NCBI RefSeq assembly: GCF_037042905.1
Contig: NC_087252.1
Location: forward strand, 14,634,001-14,698,000
Length of the DNA: 64,000 nt
Reading direction: 5' to 3'
DNA from: Lytechinus pictus
Lineage: Eukaryota
Below are positions 34,392 to 48,406 of this stretch, in pieces (the first letter of the stretch is position 1; each line of letters opens with the position of its first letter). The notes below the pieces were generated by a model. The model searched no databases. It saw only the letters and a program-made list of their open reading frames with translations, and was not told the DNA's origin. The position numbers were made by a program, and so were the translations under genes.

Positions 34392-35961
34392 TCAAACAAG
34401 TAGGCCTATCGCTCTCCCTCCCCAGCCATAAACGATCCCAGTCGACGATTCTGCATGAACTTCATGGTCATGAAAGGCGCGTAACTCGATCTTTAATTGT
34501 ACGTCATTCTTTCATTAGGGCCTACAGGTTTAATTTTTCTTTCTCTTAACACCGTGGTAGGCCTATTGGTTTATTTCCAATTGGTCGAATGCCAATTAAC
34601 GCGTCCAATTATTTGACTGGATTCATTGTTTTCTTCTGCATTCATAACATATATAATGCATGTTTCATTAAAAGGTGTACGCATAACAAACATAATATAT
34701 TAGTAATTGATTTTTGGCATGAATCACTGAAAGAAAATAAATACTAAATAAAAAAAATCGTTCTAAAAAAATATTATCTACCACCAAAAATGTAATATTA
34801 ACGGTTTGCAGGAGAAGGATTGTCATTATAAGCAGATTGCTTTAAAAAAATGACTACCCCGGGAAAACTAATTAAATTAATAAATACATTTATAAAGCAG
34901 AATTGAAATATTATTTTGTTCATGATTTTATAATGATGAAGATGATAAGAATTGAGGATGATGCCATAATGATGAAAATGAATCTAGGCCATGGACTTAA
35001 TAAAATGGATTTAACATTTGCCTTAAATGAGTAATCTGATAGCCGGACTCTGGTCAAGAGTTCCATAACGAAATCGGGACCGTGATGTCTCGTGGATCTC
35101 TGTGCAATAAGTAATTTGCATGATTTGGGGTTAATCAAATGACAATTTGAAAAGTTCCGCGTAGCTAGGGTATAGGCCCTATGAATGAATAGATGTGTTC
35201 ATTGTATAAAAATTGTGGAATGAAGGTGGACGTTATAAACTTTAACTTCAAATACTGTTAGAATCTTTAGTTTATGGAATAATGGGTTTGTGTGTGATAA
35301 ATACTGCGAATCAATACGAATTCGAACAGTTTTTGTCTAAGTATATTAATTATAGTTTTGCGCAGCTAGGTTGCCCAAACTATTTTGAAGTACGATATGT
35401 AGGGTATAATTGATGAATTTTATAGTGTGACAAGGGAAGAATGTGGAATAATGCACATTTTGTTAAGTACACCGACGTTTCTCGAGATGCTATAGTCAGT
35501 AGATATGCAATTAACGTATGTGTAAGTTCCAATTTAAATTTTCATATACAGTAACGCCTACAAATTGGCACTAAAATTATCATTCATGTTTTAAGATTTT
35601 TGACTTGGTAGGAAATTGAGAATGAGACGTAATTTGCTGTTATAATGATGTATGTGTAATATATTGTTGAAATTATCCTAGGGGAAACTGGGCTCAAACT
35701 TCAATTCTAGATCCAAAACAATCTTGATTCCTCATCCATTTTAAGAAAATATTTATTATAAAACTTCTACATTTTAGCGAGTCAGTTATGATTAAGATAC
35801 TAAGCTTTTCCTAATTTTCTTTACATTATTTTATTTTTATTTCATTTTTCACACGATATAACCCTCAGATTTCTTACTGTCCTTTCTGTAGCTCTCACAT
35901 GACACTCCTGATTCCGAGTTTCAGATCTTGCCCTTTCACTTTCCCCTCCCCCATTCTCACC

Positions 35962-35998
<37 letters not shown>

Positions 35999-36479
35999 TC
36001 CCTCCCCTCTCTCCCTCCCCTCCCTGTCACCTTCTCTTATCCCTCTCCGAGTCTAACGGCTAAACCGATAGTTTCATCTCCATTTTTATATTCTATCTTG
36101 TAATATTACATTGTATGAGATTTGTTTGTATTAAAATTTATATTACTTTGATTTTAGTTTTGTAACTATAAGATGTCAATTATATGAGCTCATAAAACTT
36201 TTTAATACAAGTACATGGGTACACGTATGTCGCTTAAAGGCATGTAGGAAACTATAACAAATTTGTCAATTCGCAAATACCGCCTGCAGAAAAAAAGGAA
36301 ACTATAAGATGGAATGAAGAAGAGAAAGGAGAGAAAAAAGGAAAATAAAAAGCACAACAGTCGAAATATGAGACAGAGAAAGTGTGAGAGGAAGGGAGAG
36401 AGAGGGAGAAAATACAGTTTTATTATTTTGCCATTTCCTGTCGCTTTCTTTCTATAACAAATAGTTGCTAGATTATTAC

Positions 36480-37108
36480 AATTTCAGAAGAAGGAGGAAG
36501 AGAAGGGAAAAAGACGAAGAAGAAGAAGCTGAAGAAGAAAAGGAAGGAGAAGGAAAAGGAAGACTAGAAGAGGAAGACGAAGTAAACCGTCATGAATATC
36601 ATTTCACTACCACCGTCATTATCACAAATTTTATCACCATCATCATTATTGATGTCATCATCATCATTATCTTTATTGTCATCAGTGTCATCCCCAACAT
36701 CATTTTCATCACAACCATTCTTATCTCCGTTAATCTTAATGATCTACATTTTCATCTCAATCATCTTTAGCATCATCATTGTAATCATCGTAGTCATCAT
36801 CATCATCATCATCGTCATCACCACGCTCATCATCGTCATCATCACCATCATCATCGTCATCACCACCATCATTATCATCATCTAATAACTATTATCATCA
36901 CCACCATCATCGTCATCATCACCATCATCATCGTCATCACCACCCTTATCACCACCATCATTATCATCATCTTAACTATTATTATCATCACTATCATCTT
37001 AAAAATCATCATAATCATCACCATCACCACCCTCATCATCATCGTCATCACCACCCTCATCATCATCATCTTAGCAATCATCATCATCATCACTTTCATC
37101 ATCATCAT
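36480..37108. repeat. (GAA)-rich and (CAT)n low-complexity block (also ~54700-55297)
   Basis: Direct reading. Confidence 0.95.
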
Positions 37109-37116
37109 TAATGTTG

Positions 37117-37413
37117 TGGAGCGTTGTGGCCCAGTGGATTAGTCTTCTGACTTCTGAAACAGAGGGTCGTGGGTTCGAATCCCATGCAGCCATGGCGTAA
37201 TTTCCTTCAGCAAGAACCTCATCCACATTGTGCTGCACTCAACCCAGATGAGGTGAATGGGTACCCAGTAGGAAGAAATGTTTTGAATGCTTGAGCGTCT
37301 TGGCAGCTCAGCTAAACCGGGGTAATAATATTAGCAGGGCCCGCGGCTGGTAGAACAGTTTTCGAAACTGAAGTGGCTACCCTAGGTAAATATACCTATA
37401 TTATTATTATTAT
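37117..37413 (+). mobile_element. Full-length tRNA-derived SINE
   Basis: A box tggcccagtgg, B box ggttcgaatccc, conserved core, (att)n tail. Confidence 0.9.
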
Positions 37414-40047
37414 TATCATCATCATCACCACCACCACCACCACCACCACCACCACTTTCATCATCGCCGTCATCGTTATCTTATTTCTGGTTGCCAACCA
37501 CGATTAAGCTCGACTACCAATATTTGATATCCAAACATAACCCAATACAAACGACTTCTGTCAGGGCATTTAGCATAATAATTTAGTAAAGCATTGTTTT
37601 ATAATTTCACATGCAATACACAAGAGGAGTGAATATATAATCACTTTGTATTTATTGATCACTAGAGATTATTTTATTGTTTTAATTATGTAAGTCATTG
37701 TTATACAGTTATCAGTCGTGACAACAAATCATGACAATGAAAATCAGGATTGGGAGAATTACCATACACAAGATTAAACCTAAATCGATTTAATTTCATT
37801 TCACATCGATTCCATTTCACTTATTTCTACAATAACAGCAAAATGAATTTCGCACATCAAAATCATTATTAAAAATACACTTTAAATTGCTTATGAAATA
37901 CAACAATTCAATACACATATCAAAGTAGTTGAATAATTATGAACAAGCTAATTTGAGTATTTGACAACTGTATTGGGGAGGAAAACCGACCCCCCCCCTC
38001 TGCACATCATCATGTGAATCAGAATCATATCAATTGGTATCACATCAATCGAGCACTGGAGAAAATCCCTGGGGGGGGGGGGGTAACTTATAGTTTACCC
38101 CATCCCATTGAATCCTTATTTCTAATGGAAAATAATGAATTGGACAGGTATTATCTACATCATACCCCTCTTTGGATACCGATCCTGCCCCCCCCCCCCA
38201 CCCCTCCGCTTCTCATTAATCTAAGAATTTTGACATCACCTCTGACTAAACACACACATGATAAAATTAATCAGCTCTACAAAAGGCCTCTTATGTGTCC
38301 AGAGTATATACAGAAATACGACCAAGATATATTCATAATTAATAAGGAGGCTCTTAACTGTCTATACGCGAATATGAACAAGATATCTGTATGTACATTA
38401 CAGATAGGAGTAATAGAAGAAGAGTATACCCTGTTAGGCAAGTTACCTTCTGAAAATTAATCGAAGTAAAAAACTGAATGAGTTCAATGAAAGAAATTTC
38501 GATTACCACATAATTTAGTACTCTGAAAATCAAAGTGTACATTTAGGTACAACGGTCCCAGAGTTTTATTTTTATTTTATTTTTAGCTGATGGAGTTTTG
38601 CGCTTGTTTTTGCTCTCTTTGCCAAGCAGTTCATAAATGCATTTGTTTCTTTTCTGGTTCCACATTATACACACTGTGCTGTTTTTTAAATTCCCGTATT
38701 TCATTAGATATTACATCTAAATATACAAGGTGTGTGATTATTGAAGTTATTCATAAACAAACGAGAAATATATATTAGTAAATTCATCTTATTTTCAGTT
38801 TGAAATGCAAACAAATACATTTGATTACATTGTATATTCTGTTAGAAATGATATTTTTTTAAGTGGTCAAACGCAGCATAGGAAGATTATAATAAAATAT
38901 TTTAGGCACCTGTTTCAGAATATTGTGGATTGTCTTACCATTCACCCTACCCCTCTCCTGCCCCCCCCCCCCCTCCTCTCCCAACTAAAGAATATGATCC
39001 GTGATCACTCCTCTGGCAATCCCAGAGAAACTTGCCTCCCTTCATCAGATCGCAGTGGTCCCTAATAAATGAGAAATGAGAAAAGTATTTAGGTTAAAAA
39101 AGGATTTATACAAGTGACAACATCCATTACCATTGTATAATTTTGAAATGAATTATCATTGAATTGACTAATAGAGGATCAAATATTAATTAATTTTTAA
39201 AAACTTTTTGAGGTTTATAACACTTTGTAGACATAGTGTCACATGCACATTTACATAGATTTGTATATTTCCACGCTAACGTTGGCTAAAATTGCCCCCT
39301 CCCCATCCTATACACACAGAGACCTCTACGTCCACAGAGAAGAAGACAAAAGTGGGGATAGGAAAATAAATATAAGCGCCGTATACTTACTATCTCGGAC
39401 ATTTCTTCATCGCGTGTCTCCGACCCCGAAGTTTCGGGAGCAGCGTCCAGTCCCACCACGAAGTTTCTTTCGTCCTGAGGCTGCACACCCACTGTCAAGA
39501 CCTCTTTTTCTTCCTTAAAAGATGTAGAAAAGCAATTTCAAAGTAAATGATGAGATGGAGAGAGGACTATTTTATATGCGAGGAAAGAAAAAGAAATTTA
39601 CTTTATTTCCTTTCTCCCGTCATATTGCATTCACAAAAAAAATGAAGAAGGTGAAACAGGTGGAATTGGAATAGCATTCATGCATAGGCCTATATTGAGT
39701 TAACAGCCATAACAAAGAATAGACCCCCCCAAAAAAAAAAAAATGTTTACATACTTCATAAATTTTGTATGTGGAATGATTAATTTAATATGAAATTTTG
39801 ATGAGCCTATATTTTAGTAATACTTGTCTGATTTTGAGTTGGTCAGAGTATTAAAATAGCACATAGAGGGCAGCATTCACATTTATCAATTTTCTTCTTC
39901 AAGTATTATCTCCATTCGAAACCTTATTCATTATGTTTTATTTATTCAAATTGATATTATTATACTGTATGAAATAATTTTCTTAAACAATAAGGAATAA
40001 TATGACAGTGAGGTTAACCTTTTTTTATTGATATACTCTGTAAATGC

Positions 40048-40318
40048 AAATGAGCTCATCTGGTCCATTAATAATCACACTCCTCCCAGAGCAGAGTGAG
40101 ATGAGAGACCCGTCGTAATGGAATGAGATTTCGGTCTTTCAAGAGTGAGTTTTCACCTTTTTTAGGAGTGAAAGTGTGCATTTTTTTTCCAGTTTCACTC
40201 TAAAAGAGATGAAAATTCACTCTTGAAAGACCGAAATCTCACTCCATTACGACTGGTCCCCTCATCTCACTCTAAGAGGAGCGTGATTATATTAGGGATC
40301 AGATTAGCTTCTTTGCAT
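40048..40318. mobile_element. Palindromic MITE abutting an exon donor (also in copy B, there split by 58270-58949)
   Basis: gagatttcggtctttcaagagtga / tcactcttgaaagaccgaaatctc and further inverted matches. Confidence 0.75.
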
Positions 40319-40564
40319 ACTCACCTTCATTTTCAGCACGATTTCTACTTCATTATTATGGACAGAAAATGAGATCTTGGTCGTGCTGGATGGATCGATT
40401 TCAAGATGGAAACCTGGACCCTTCATTGATATCTAGCAAAATATAAACAAAGAAAAATACTGATTTAAAAATTTGATTAAAAAAAACAAACACACCAATA
40501 TGCACGTCCCTCGACAAATCTCACATGAAAACATAAGCGAATTAACATTTTTAGTGAATTACTA

Positions 40565-40804
40565 CACAGCAAAAAACTGTGGTGTTAACCGGTGCACATA
40601 GAGGACCACACCCGTTATTTAACACCGGTGTTAAATTGGTGGTGTTAGTTTTACACCTATAGGTGTTATTACAACACCTATGGCTGTTACATTTACATTC
40701 TTTGGTGTTATGTTCAATCTCTAGGGTGTTATTTTAACACCTCAGGGTGTGGTCCTCTATTAACACCAATTGGTGTCAGTTTTAACGCCACAGTTTTTAC
40801 AGTG
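40565..40804. mobile_element. CACTA/EnSpm-like MITE (also ~59317-59555)
   Basis: cacagcaaaaaactgtggtgttaa / ttaacgccacagtttttacagtg; many aacacc/ggtgtt motifs. Confidence 0.7.
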
Positions 40805-42061
40805 CATACCAACGGAGAAATTAAAATTATACATATGAAAATATATCCAAATCAGTAAGTCCAAAGTGATTTTTAACAACTATATAATTCCATCAGCAAG
40901 AAGAATTCTTCACTGCCTTGAGTGCCTTATACTCTCTTATTCTATGACTATAACATTTTATTTTTTTTTACCTTATTTTTGTCGTTGTCTCTGTCACTGG
41001 GGTAGGTGTTACGATGCTGAGTTGACATTTCTATGCATGAAATGGAAAAAATTAGTTATGAAATTTTCCTTCAATGAAGTTCTTTATTCTCCAGAATTAT
41101 ACAATGTAATACATCAAATAACTCGTAAAAATACTTTGCTGCCCTATAATTATGATCTGTCCCAATAAATTTGTTCTCTCTCTTCTCACCACATCATAGC
41201 TGAATTTCTGCTAAACGTTTTTTTTTTAACCAGTGTTTTTGTTCCTGCTTCTGTTTATGGTAACTCCCGTAGGAACTCGACAGGACAGCATTTTGCTGGT
41301 AAACGTCAAGTTGGTATATATAACCAATTACCTGGGAAACAATTTTACGTCTATATAGGTCAATAAGTCACAATGGTTGACCCATATTAAACGACAGATA
41401 TTACTCTTGGACCTTTTTATCAAAGTGGTGACAATGGCAGAATGGGGATTCGAACTTACAATCTTGTGATTGTGAGTCCAATGCTCTAACCACTCGACCC
41501 GTGTAGTATTGTTACACCATTTATATCGGTGTAATATTGTTATACCAGTTTTATTAATTTTTTTGGTCGATTTGTCTCTTCTGTATTTTTTTCAAAATTT
41601 CCATCAAAAAAGATAAACAAAAAGTCAGTGTAACAATTTATTACAAACTCGGGGCGAGTGGCGAGTCAATGCTACATCGTATCGCATATGATTTTTTTTT
41701 GAGAGAGGGTACACGATGATCAAAGTCCACTTCAATACACTAGCAAAAGAAATTATGTTTGTACATACAACGCAGCTCTGTATACATACTGTACAACGGG
41801 ATCATTTCCACTGTAAGTAAATTGTTGATAAAATATAATGTACGATTTCTTCACTTGGAGTCATCATATACATTGGAATAAAGTCAATAATAAGGTAATA
41901 TAATGTGTTTTGTTTTAGTAGACATTTTATAAATTATTATCAGATAATTTCGCCTTAATCTATCTGGTTATGTTGATAATAAAATGCCGTGGTTACATAC
42001 ATTCGTCTTACCCAGACAATCTCACTTTGATTTGCATGATAATGATTTTCATTGCACTCTA

Positions 42062-42361
42062 TGGCCCGTGCTAACTTAGCCCACTGGGCTAACTATCCCC
42101 GTGGGCTAATTTAGCCCACCGAGCATTTCACAAAGCGTGGGCTAGTTAGCACCCCCGGCTAACTTAGCCCACGATTTAGCCCATGGCCACATGGGTGGCT
42201 AAATTTGTGACGTCAAATGACGCGATTTAGCCCACGATTTAGCCCGGGCTAAGTTAGCCGAGCTTCGAGAAATGCAAAATTTAGCACGGTGGGCTAAATG
42301 ACGTCAAATGACGCGATTTAGCCCATGGGCTAAGTTAGCCACCCTTCGAGAATTCGGGCCA
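42062..42361. mobile_element. Harbinger-like MITE present only in copy A
   Basis: tggcccg/cgggcca termini, CTA duplication, ttagccc repeats; absent at ~60845. Confidence 0.75.
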
Positions 42362-43439
42362 CTATGTCTAAACTGATTACATATACCAAGTGAACAATCA
42401 TGATTTCATGACCTTGACTGACTGAAGGAAGGACAGGAAATTTGTTTGTCAATGCACCCCGCCTCAAAACAAAAATTACAATCATAATAATTATATATAT
42501 TTTAAAGGAAATTTTTCATTACGTTATTTAAGAGAATCTCACTAGTCGCATACACCCAGCAGGTTATAGCAGTGGTGTATTGAGTAACATATATATATAT
42601 ATATATATATTTTTTTTTTTTTTGGGGGGGGGGAGGGACAAGACACGACAAATGAGGCAAAATCTCTATCTAAAAAAAAAACCCAACTGTGAGGGGGCGA
42701 AGCGAGAGTGAAAAAAAAATCAAAGTTTCTAATGTTTGTGACAGAGATTGAGATAAAATACAAAATATGACACCCTTTTGGTTCCCTTCCTTTCCATTTC
42801 TCTTTTTTTCTCATTGGTCGTGTTTTTTTTTTTTTTTTTTTTTTTTTTTTTGGGGGGGGGGGCTCCAGGCCCGACGCCCTTCATAATGAACGCAAGTCGG
42901 TTATTATAAATACTTATTTGATCTGTTAAAAACTACAAAGTGTGTTGTATGAAACTTAAACAAGATTTATTTTTTTATTCAGTGACTAAGGGAACTCTAT
43001 ATTGAGACAAACGAAAATATCTTCATGCATTACCAGCAAGTTTATGATTAGCAGACGATTGTTTGATTATAATTGTAGATATTCTTTTTTTTTTATTGTA
43101 ATTGCGGAAAACTAGATTATGATTGGTGACTTTTACGAATAATGATCCCTGTTTCATTTAAATGCTGTTTTTTTTTTTTTTTTTTTGAGTGGTGCGTATA
43201 TAAGCCACAGACCACCATTCTTACGCTCATTTTTTTAAAATTTATTTATTATTTTTTTTTTTGGGAGGGGAGGGGCAAGACATGACGAATGAAGCGAAAT
43301 CTCTCTCTCTCAAAAAAACCCAACAATTGTGAAAGGGCGAGGCGAGAGAGAAAAAACGTTGATACTTTTTAAATTAAAAAATCAAAGTTAGTGATGTTTG
43401 TGACAGAGTTTGAGATAAAATACAAAAGATTAAAGGTTA

Positions 43440-43585
43440 CTCGAGCATTCAAGGAATTTCTTCCTACCTGGTACCCATTCACTATACCTGTATGTAGAGT
43501 TGTAAATGAAGATAAACGCTTGCCAAAAGACGCAAGTGCCGTGGTTAGATTCGAACCCCGGACCTTTTGGATCAAAGTCCAGAGA
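43440..43585 (-). mobile_element. Diverged SINE
   Basis: ggttcgaatct B box and gtgaatgggtaccaggtaggaag core on the minus strand. Confidence 0.6.
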
Positions 43586-45407
43586 TTATTCACTGATCCA
43601 CAACACCCTTTTTTGTGGGTTATTAATCGATGTATTGCATGATCGATTATAATCATATAATTACCTGTCTGTTGATTGATTTATATTGTAACATGCACCA
43701 TGGCTTGGATGGTTCAAAATGAATGAATTCAATGAATGATATTCCAAACGAAATATATTTCTGTATTCAATTTCTTGAATCTTTAAAAGAAAAACCGACG
43801 AGGATAAAAAGAGCACACTCTCTCCATAAATAATCGACCCTTGAAAATACCTCATTATATTTTTATATTCAATGGTGCGCTTATAATTAGTGATATAAAT
43901 AAACCATAAGTATGAGATAAATTAATTTATAAAGGGGATAATTTTGTATGAATCTTTCAAACATTTATAGCATGCCTCTTTATTTCACACGTATTATGTA
44001 TAATTTTTTTTAAATTTATGATTATGCTTAAGTTTGATATTTTTTCTGTTCACTGAGATTAATTCCTCAATATCTTTCTACTTTTTAATTTATAAGCGAA
44101 CGGAATCTTTAAATCTGTGAAATTTTCAGCAAACATTTCTTCGACAAATGTGAAATATTTCCGTGGCATTTGATGACCATGATATCTCACTGATTATTTA
44201 GGATATGTAGCATGCTTGAATCATCCCTACACCGCATTTGAGTGTCAGTCTTAAAAAATAGAAGAAAAACGATTCATGAAAAAAGTGATAATTTTCGCAA
44301 ACCTTAGATACAAATATGGTGTACTCATGTCAAATTCTGTGATACAAATGCGCCCATACTTTTGAAAGAAAGTGAAAAGAAAATTGAACTTCAAAATGAC
44401 GAGCTTTAATTTCAAGATTTCCAAAGGTATTTTCTAAAATGTCTTTTCCAAAATTCCTCAGTGACAGAAACTGTTAGAACTTATCATTTAGTTTCATCGG
44501 ATGATCGGAATGAAAAAAAATAGAGACCTTGGATTTAGGCAAGCATGCTTATTGGAAGAAATGTTTGGATGAAATTCTAAGTATAAACCGTAAAAATAAA
44601 TGAAATAAGGCTTAATTACTTACGGATGAACCCTCTGCTAGCTGTCCAAGACTTTTATGAAATGACAAGTAGGCTAAGTGAAAATGCAATTGAAATACAA
44701 AAGCCAAATTGGCGTTTGAAGTTAAAACTCCTTTTTAATTGTGTTGCAACTGCTTACAAACGCTGTCACAAAAAATATTTACAAACAGAAAGAAAGAGGC
44801 AACACGGCGGACAAAATGTTTCAAAAGATATATTGAATCGTTCCCGGTTGAAAGAGGGACCAGTCCATTAATATTGCAGGGTGTATGATACCACCACGAC
44901 CAAACGTAGGTATCAATTTTTATATATAGCAGTACTATAATCATATGCAATCTGTACTGGTTAATATTTTCATGTCAAATTAAATTGACAATATCTGTAA
45001 GCCGTTAATATTATGACAAATCTTGCTTTAATATCTAAAACACTTTGATCAAAGCAGATCATTAGCCAAAACTTGAGTTGAATTTCCAGTATATCCCGTT
45101 AACCATAAACAATTAATTTTAGTAGTTTGCTTTTTAATTGCAGCTAATATATAATCGATCTATTAATCGATCTATGGCACAAAATCCAACCTCAGACAGG
45201 AAGGATTATAAAAAATTGGGCAGTTGGGAGGGTATAGAGGGGGGGGGGGGTCTGGGGTTGATTGGTGTCTTAATTTCAGTCGGATAAATATTCCAAATGT
45301 ATTTATTACTCCTTGTCTAACCTCAACAGTGTCTGCAAATGAGACTACTTGTTCCCATTCATGATATATGAACGCACTGGTAAACACATACTGGAGCTCA
45401 GTAACAT

Positions 45408-45427
45408 CATGGACCTATAGGTCCATG
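45408..45427. mobile_element. 20-bp perfect palindrome with 7-bp target duplication (probable P-element footprint)
   Basis: gtaacat-CATGGACCTATAGGTCCATG-gtaacat. Confidence 0.7.
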
Positions 45428-45850
45428 GTAACATTGAGCTTATTCCTCGGTCACATTTGCTCTACTATACGGCGGTCGTAAGGAGTCGAAAACAGCCGTT
45501 TTAACACTTTTTTGTACCAGCTACTTAAATGTGGCTTGAATTTCATAAAACGACTGTTTTCAACTCGCCTTATATACGGCCGCCGTAGATCAAATGTGAC
45601 CAAGGTATTAGCGATTGATTTTAGAGCTGGTTTTCTGCAATAATTTGCATTGTTTATCGTGTATGATCAATCGTATCATAAGGCTCACTATCAAGTGCAA
45701 ATCCTTTATGTGGCCGGCCGGGCCGCGTATTTTTTATTTACACCACTGCTCCGCCACAACATTGAAAACCCCTACAGAAACGGCTCGCGCAAGAGTCTAA
45801 CATGTTGACCACACGTTTCGTCGTGCCGCGCACATCTCCTTGATGAAACC

Positions 45851-45872
45851 CATAGAGATGTACATCTCTATG
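45851..45872. mobile_element. 22-bp perfect palindrome with 8-bp target duplication (probable P-element footprint)
   Basis: atgaaacc-CATAGAGATGTACATCTCTATG-atgaaacc. Confidence 0.7.
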
Positions 45873-46440
45873 ATGAAACCTTATTTCGATAATGAATGAG
45901 ATATAGCTTTTAAAAAGTGTTGAGTTTGTTGGGACCTAATCTGCTTGCATTACATATTAATTCCTACATGTGTAGGAATCGTATGAGCATTTTGTTTCGC
46001 AGTTATGGCACCTCCAGATATTCATGCAGATCCATGAAAAAAAAGAACTAGGGTTCTCATAGCTGCAGACTCTCTTTTTTCTTTTCTTTTCCCCTCTCCC
46101 TCGGGTCTCTTCTGCACTCATCCTCTCTCGCTCTCTCCAGCATTCTTTCTGTATTTTGGCGACAGTGGCCTCTTTCTGCATTGCTCTCTTGCTTTTTGCC
46201 AAACTCAAGACCTTTATTTTGTTGTCGTTAAATTATGCATATTTTGTCGATGAATTTTGTCTGTATGCACACCTTGATACTTTTGCTTTTCTCTAGCTAT
46301 TTACAAAGCACATAGGGACTGCTTCTGCAGTGATATGCGGTATAGAAATATGATTTTATATTATTATCATTATTTTTATTTGGCAGATAAGATCTTCTCT
46401 CTATACCCTCTACTCTTTCTTTCTTTCTCATTTTTTTTAA

Positions 46441-47074
46441 AGGAAAGTCAACCCCAAAATAAAATAAAATTTCAACAGGACCAGAAAAATCAGATTGGCA
46501 GAACTAAAAAGTTTGAGGGAAATCGGACAACTAATAAGAAAAGTAATGCATTTTTAATGAAATGAATATCACTAGACAATTGCCAACTTGCTGACATCAT
46601 AGGTGCACTACTAACCATTTATTTTATCTACTATAGGATCATTAAAAAATTTTGATTTCATCAAAACTTTTACCAGGATATCTTGATGATTGATAGGTTT
46701 TTCATGATTCCAATATTATACAGACTTTATAGTTCTCTTTAACAACCTTGAAAATATGAATTTATGATTCAAGTGATTAAAGGTATAAAAATATAGCCAA
46801 GCTCAATATTTTCGGTTCATTTTAAGAAGGCCTATATAATATGAAAACTTGATTCGAGTTCTGAAAAAATAATGTGATTGGTCAAATAATGAATCTTTAT
46901 AGTATAAATACATTTGTAAACAAAATAAATGGTTAGTGGTGCATCCATGATTTCATAAATCGGCAATTTGTCTTGTGATTTCCTCATTTTTCATATGATT
47001 AAAATTTCATAACTTTCTTTTAGTTGTTCAATTTTCCTCAAACGTTTCATTTTCTGCTTGGGTAGACTCTCCTT
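46441..47074. mobile_element. Kolobok-type MITE
   Basis: TTAA-aggaaagtcaacccca ... tgggtagactctcct-t-TTAA. Confidence 0.7.
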
Positions 47075-47078
47075 TTAA

Positions 47079-47654
47079 AGAGATGATCACGGCTGGAGAT
47101 CATCATATCTCAATAAATAGAGTAAAATTCACAGCCTGAGCAAAATGCTGAAAATTTTATCGAAATCAGATAATAAATGACAGAGTTATTGAATTTTAAA
47201 TGATTTGCATTATCCGAGTTCTAGGCATGTCTTCATGTCATATCCCCATTTGTTCTTTTGTATTTTATTATATGAAAATAGGTTTATTAAAAAAAATATA
47301 CTGTTATAAAACAATTGGACTGACAAACGATTAGGCCTAAGTGCATTAGTTACTTATTGCCGCAACTTATTTCATCATAATGGAGACACATCATTTACAA
47401 ATGTATGAAAAAATGAAACAATTATGATTTCATATAATAACATAAGAAAAAGGAAAGTTGGGATGTGACATCATCAGACCACCTAATGAACATTCATGGC
47501 AATGTGCATACTTGTTTTCACAAAATATTGATAAACTTTAAAATTCAATAACTTCGTTATTTGTTATCCGATTTTGATGAAATTTTTAGCATTTTGCTTT
47601 GTGAATTTTACTCTATTTATTTAGATATAAATATTTTCAGCCCGGACGATCCCT
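47079..47654. mobile_element. Kolobok-type MITE abutting the previous one
   Basis: TTAA-agagatgatcacggctg ... cagcccggacgatccct-TTAA; related to 49687-50260. Confidence 0.7.
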
Positions 47655-47743
47655 TTAAGCATTCTCCCCTCTTGCTTAAGGCCCATTTAGAAAATAGTGT
47701 GGTAACAGGATGAATTCGGGTGGTTTGGATAGGCCTTTATAGG

Positions 47744-48261
47744 CCCTCAAAAAAGTTCTGCAACTCAAGTTTGAGTGCTAATAAATTTCTTAGTGTGCCA
47801 TCAACATGTGTAAAAGTGGTATCATTGGAAAGCATAATTATTCCTCGTTACAATCATGTGTCATTGTAATGCTAGTGTTATCATGAAATGCACAGACGTG
47901 ATAAATATGCAACAATGTAAAAATGAAATGTTGCAAAATGTGTTGTTTCCAATAGCGAATTTCCAATTGTTTCGAGGATGGGCTGAGTGCATTCACTGTC
48001 ACCTGCATGGTAACAAATGGAGACTCTTGTTTAAAAAAACACAATGCATTTTGCAACATTTCATGCACTTCTGACTTTTCTCTACGTTCAGAATAACTAC
48101 ATGTTTCACTATGACATAATCACAGCAGATGGCACATCATTGTAAAGAGGAATAATTAAGCTTTCCAATGATACCAGTTTCATCTTTTATACTTCAGTAA
48201 CAAAAATATGTCATTCCTCAAAAGTGAGTTGCAGACCCGGTTGAAGAACTTTTTTTGAGGG
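47744..48261. mobile_element. MITE with TIRs
   Basis: ccctcaaaaaagttc / gaacttttttgaggg; internal IR atcattggaaagc / gctttccaatgat. Confidence 0.65.
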
Positions 48262-48406
48262 GTTTATGATAATCAACTTCATACAAATGAGAACTTAACA
48301 CAAATCTCACGCGAGAACGATCCGAGAGCTTTGCAATTGCTTGAGCGCCATATGTGATCGAGGCGGTTTGAGACCACCTATGGTGGTTTCAAACCGCCTC
48401 GATCAC

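Larger units (their letters stand above)
35565..43124 (+). repeat. Segmental duplication, copy A
   Basis: Colinear, highly similar to 53820-61645, including microsatellites, SINE and exons. Confidence 0.95.
39005..43780 (-). pseudogene. 3' exons of an unrecognised gene, copy A (43780-43665, 41810-41769, 40432-40325, 39513-39391, 39061-39005); the 42-nt exon is 1 nt short and frameshifts
   Basis: AG/GT-bounded exons that chain in phase when the 43-nt version of copy B is used; terminal exon differs between copies by 3 synonymous and 1 conservative change. Confidence 0.65.

Noticed and set aside
36465..37108. ORFs rich in E/K, I, S or M (also 54690-55297, 51009-51321, 30900-31094)
   Set aside because: They are translations of (GAA)n, (CAT)n, (TTA)n and (TAGA)n microsatellites
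37117..37190. tRNA-like A/B boxes (also 55306, 50927, ~41430-41500, ~60180-60245)
   Set aside because: No complete cloverleaf seen; where traceable they run into SINE core and tail, so they are SINE heads rather than tRNA genes
39243..39518. Plus-strand 91-aa ORF conserved in both duplicates (57182-57457)
   Set aside because: Conservation is explained by the duplication and by the minus-strand exon it overlaps
45957..46208. Basic, Cys-containing minus-strand ORF as a 5' exon of the unknown gene
   Set aside because: Ends in a stop, no convincing splice sites, partly derived from a CT-rich tract
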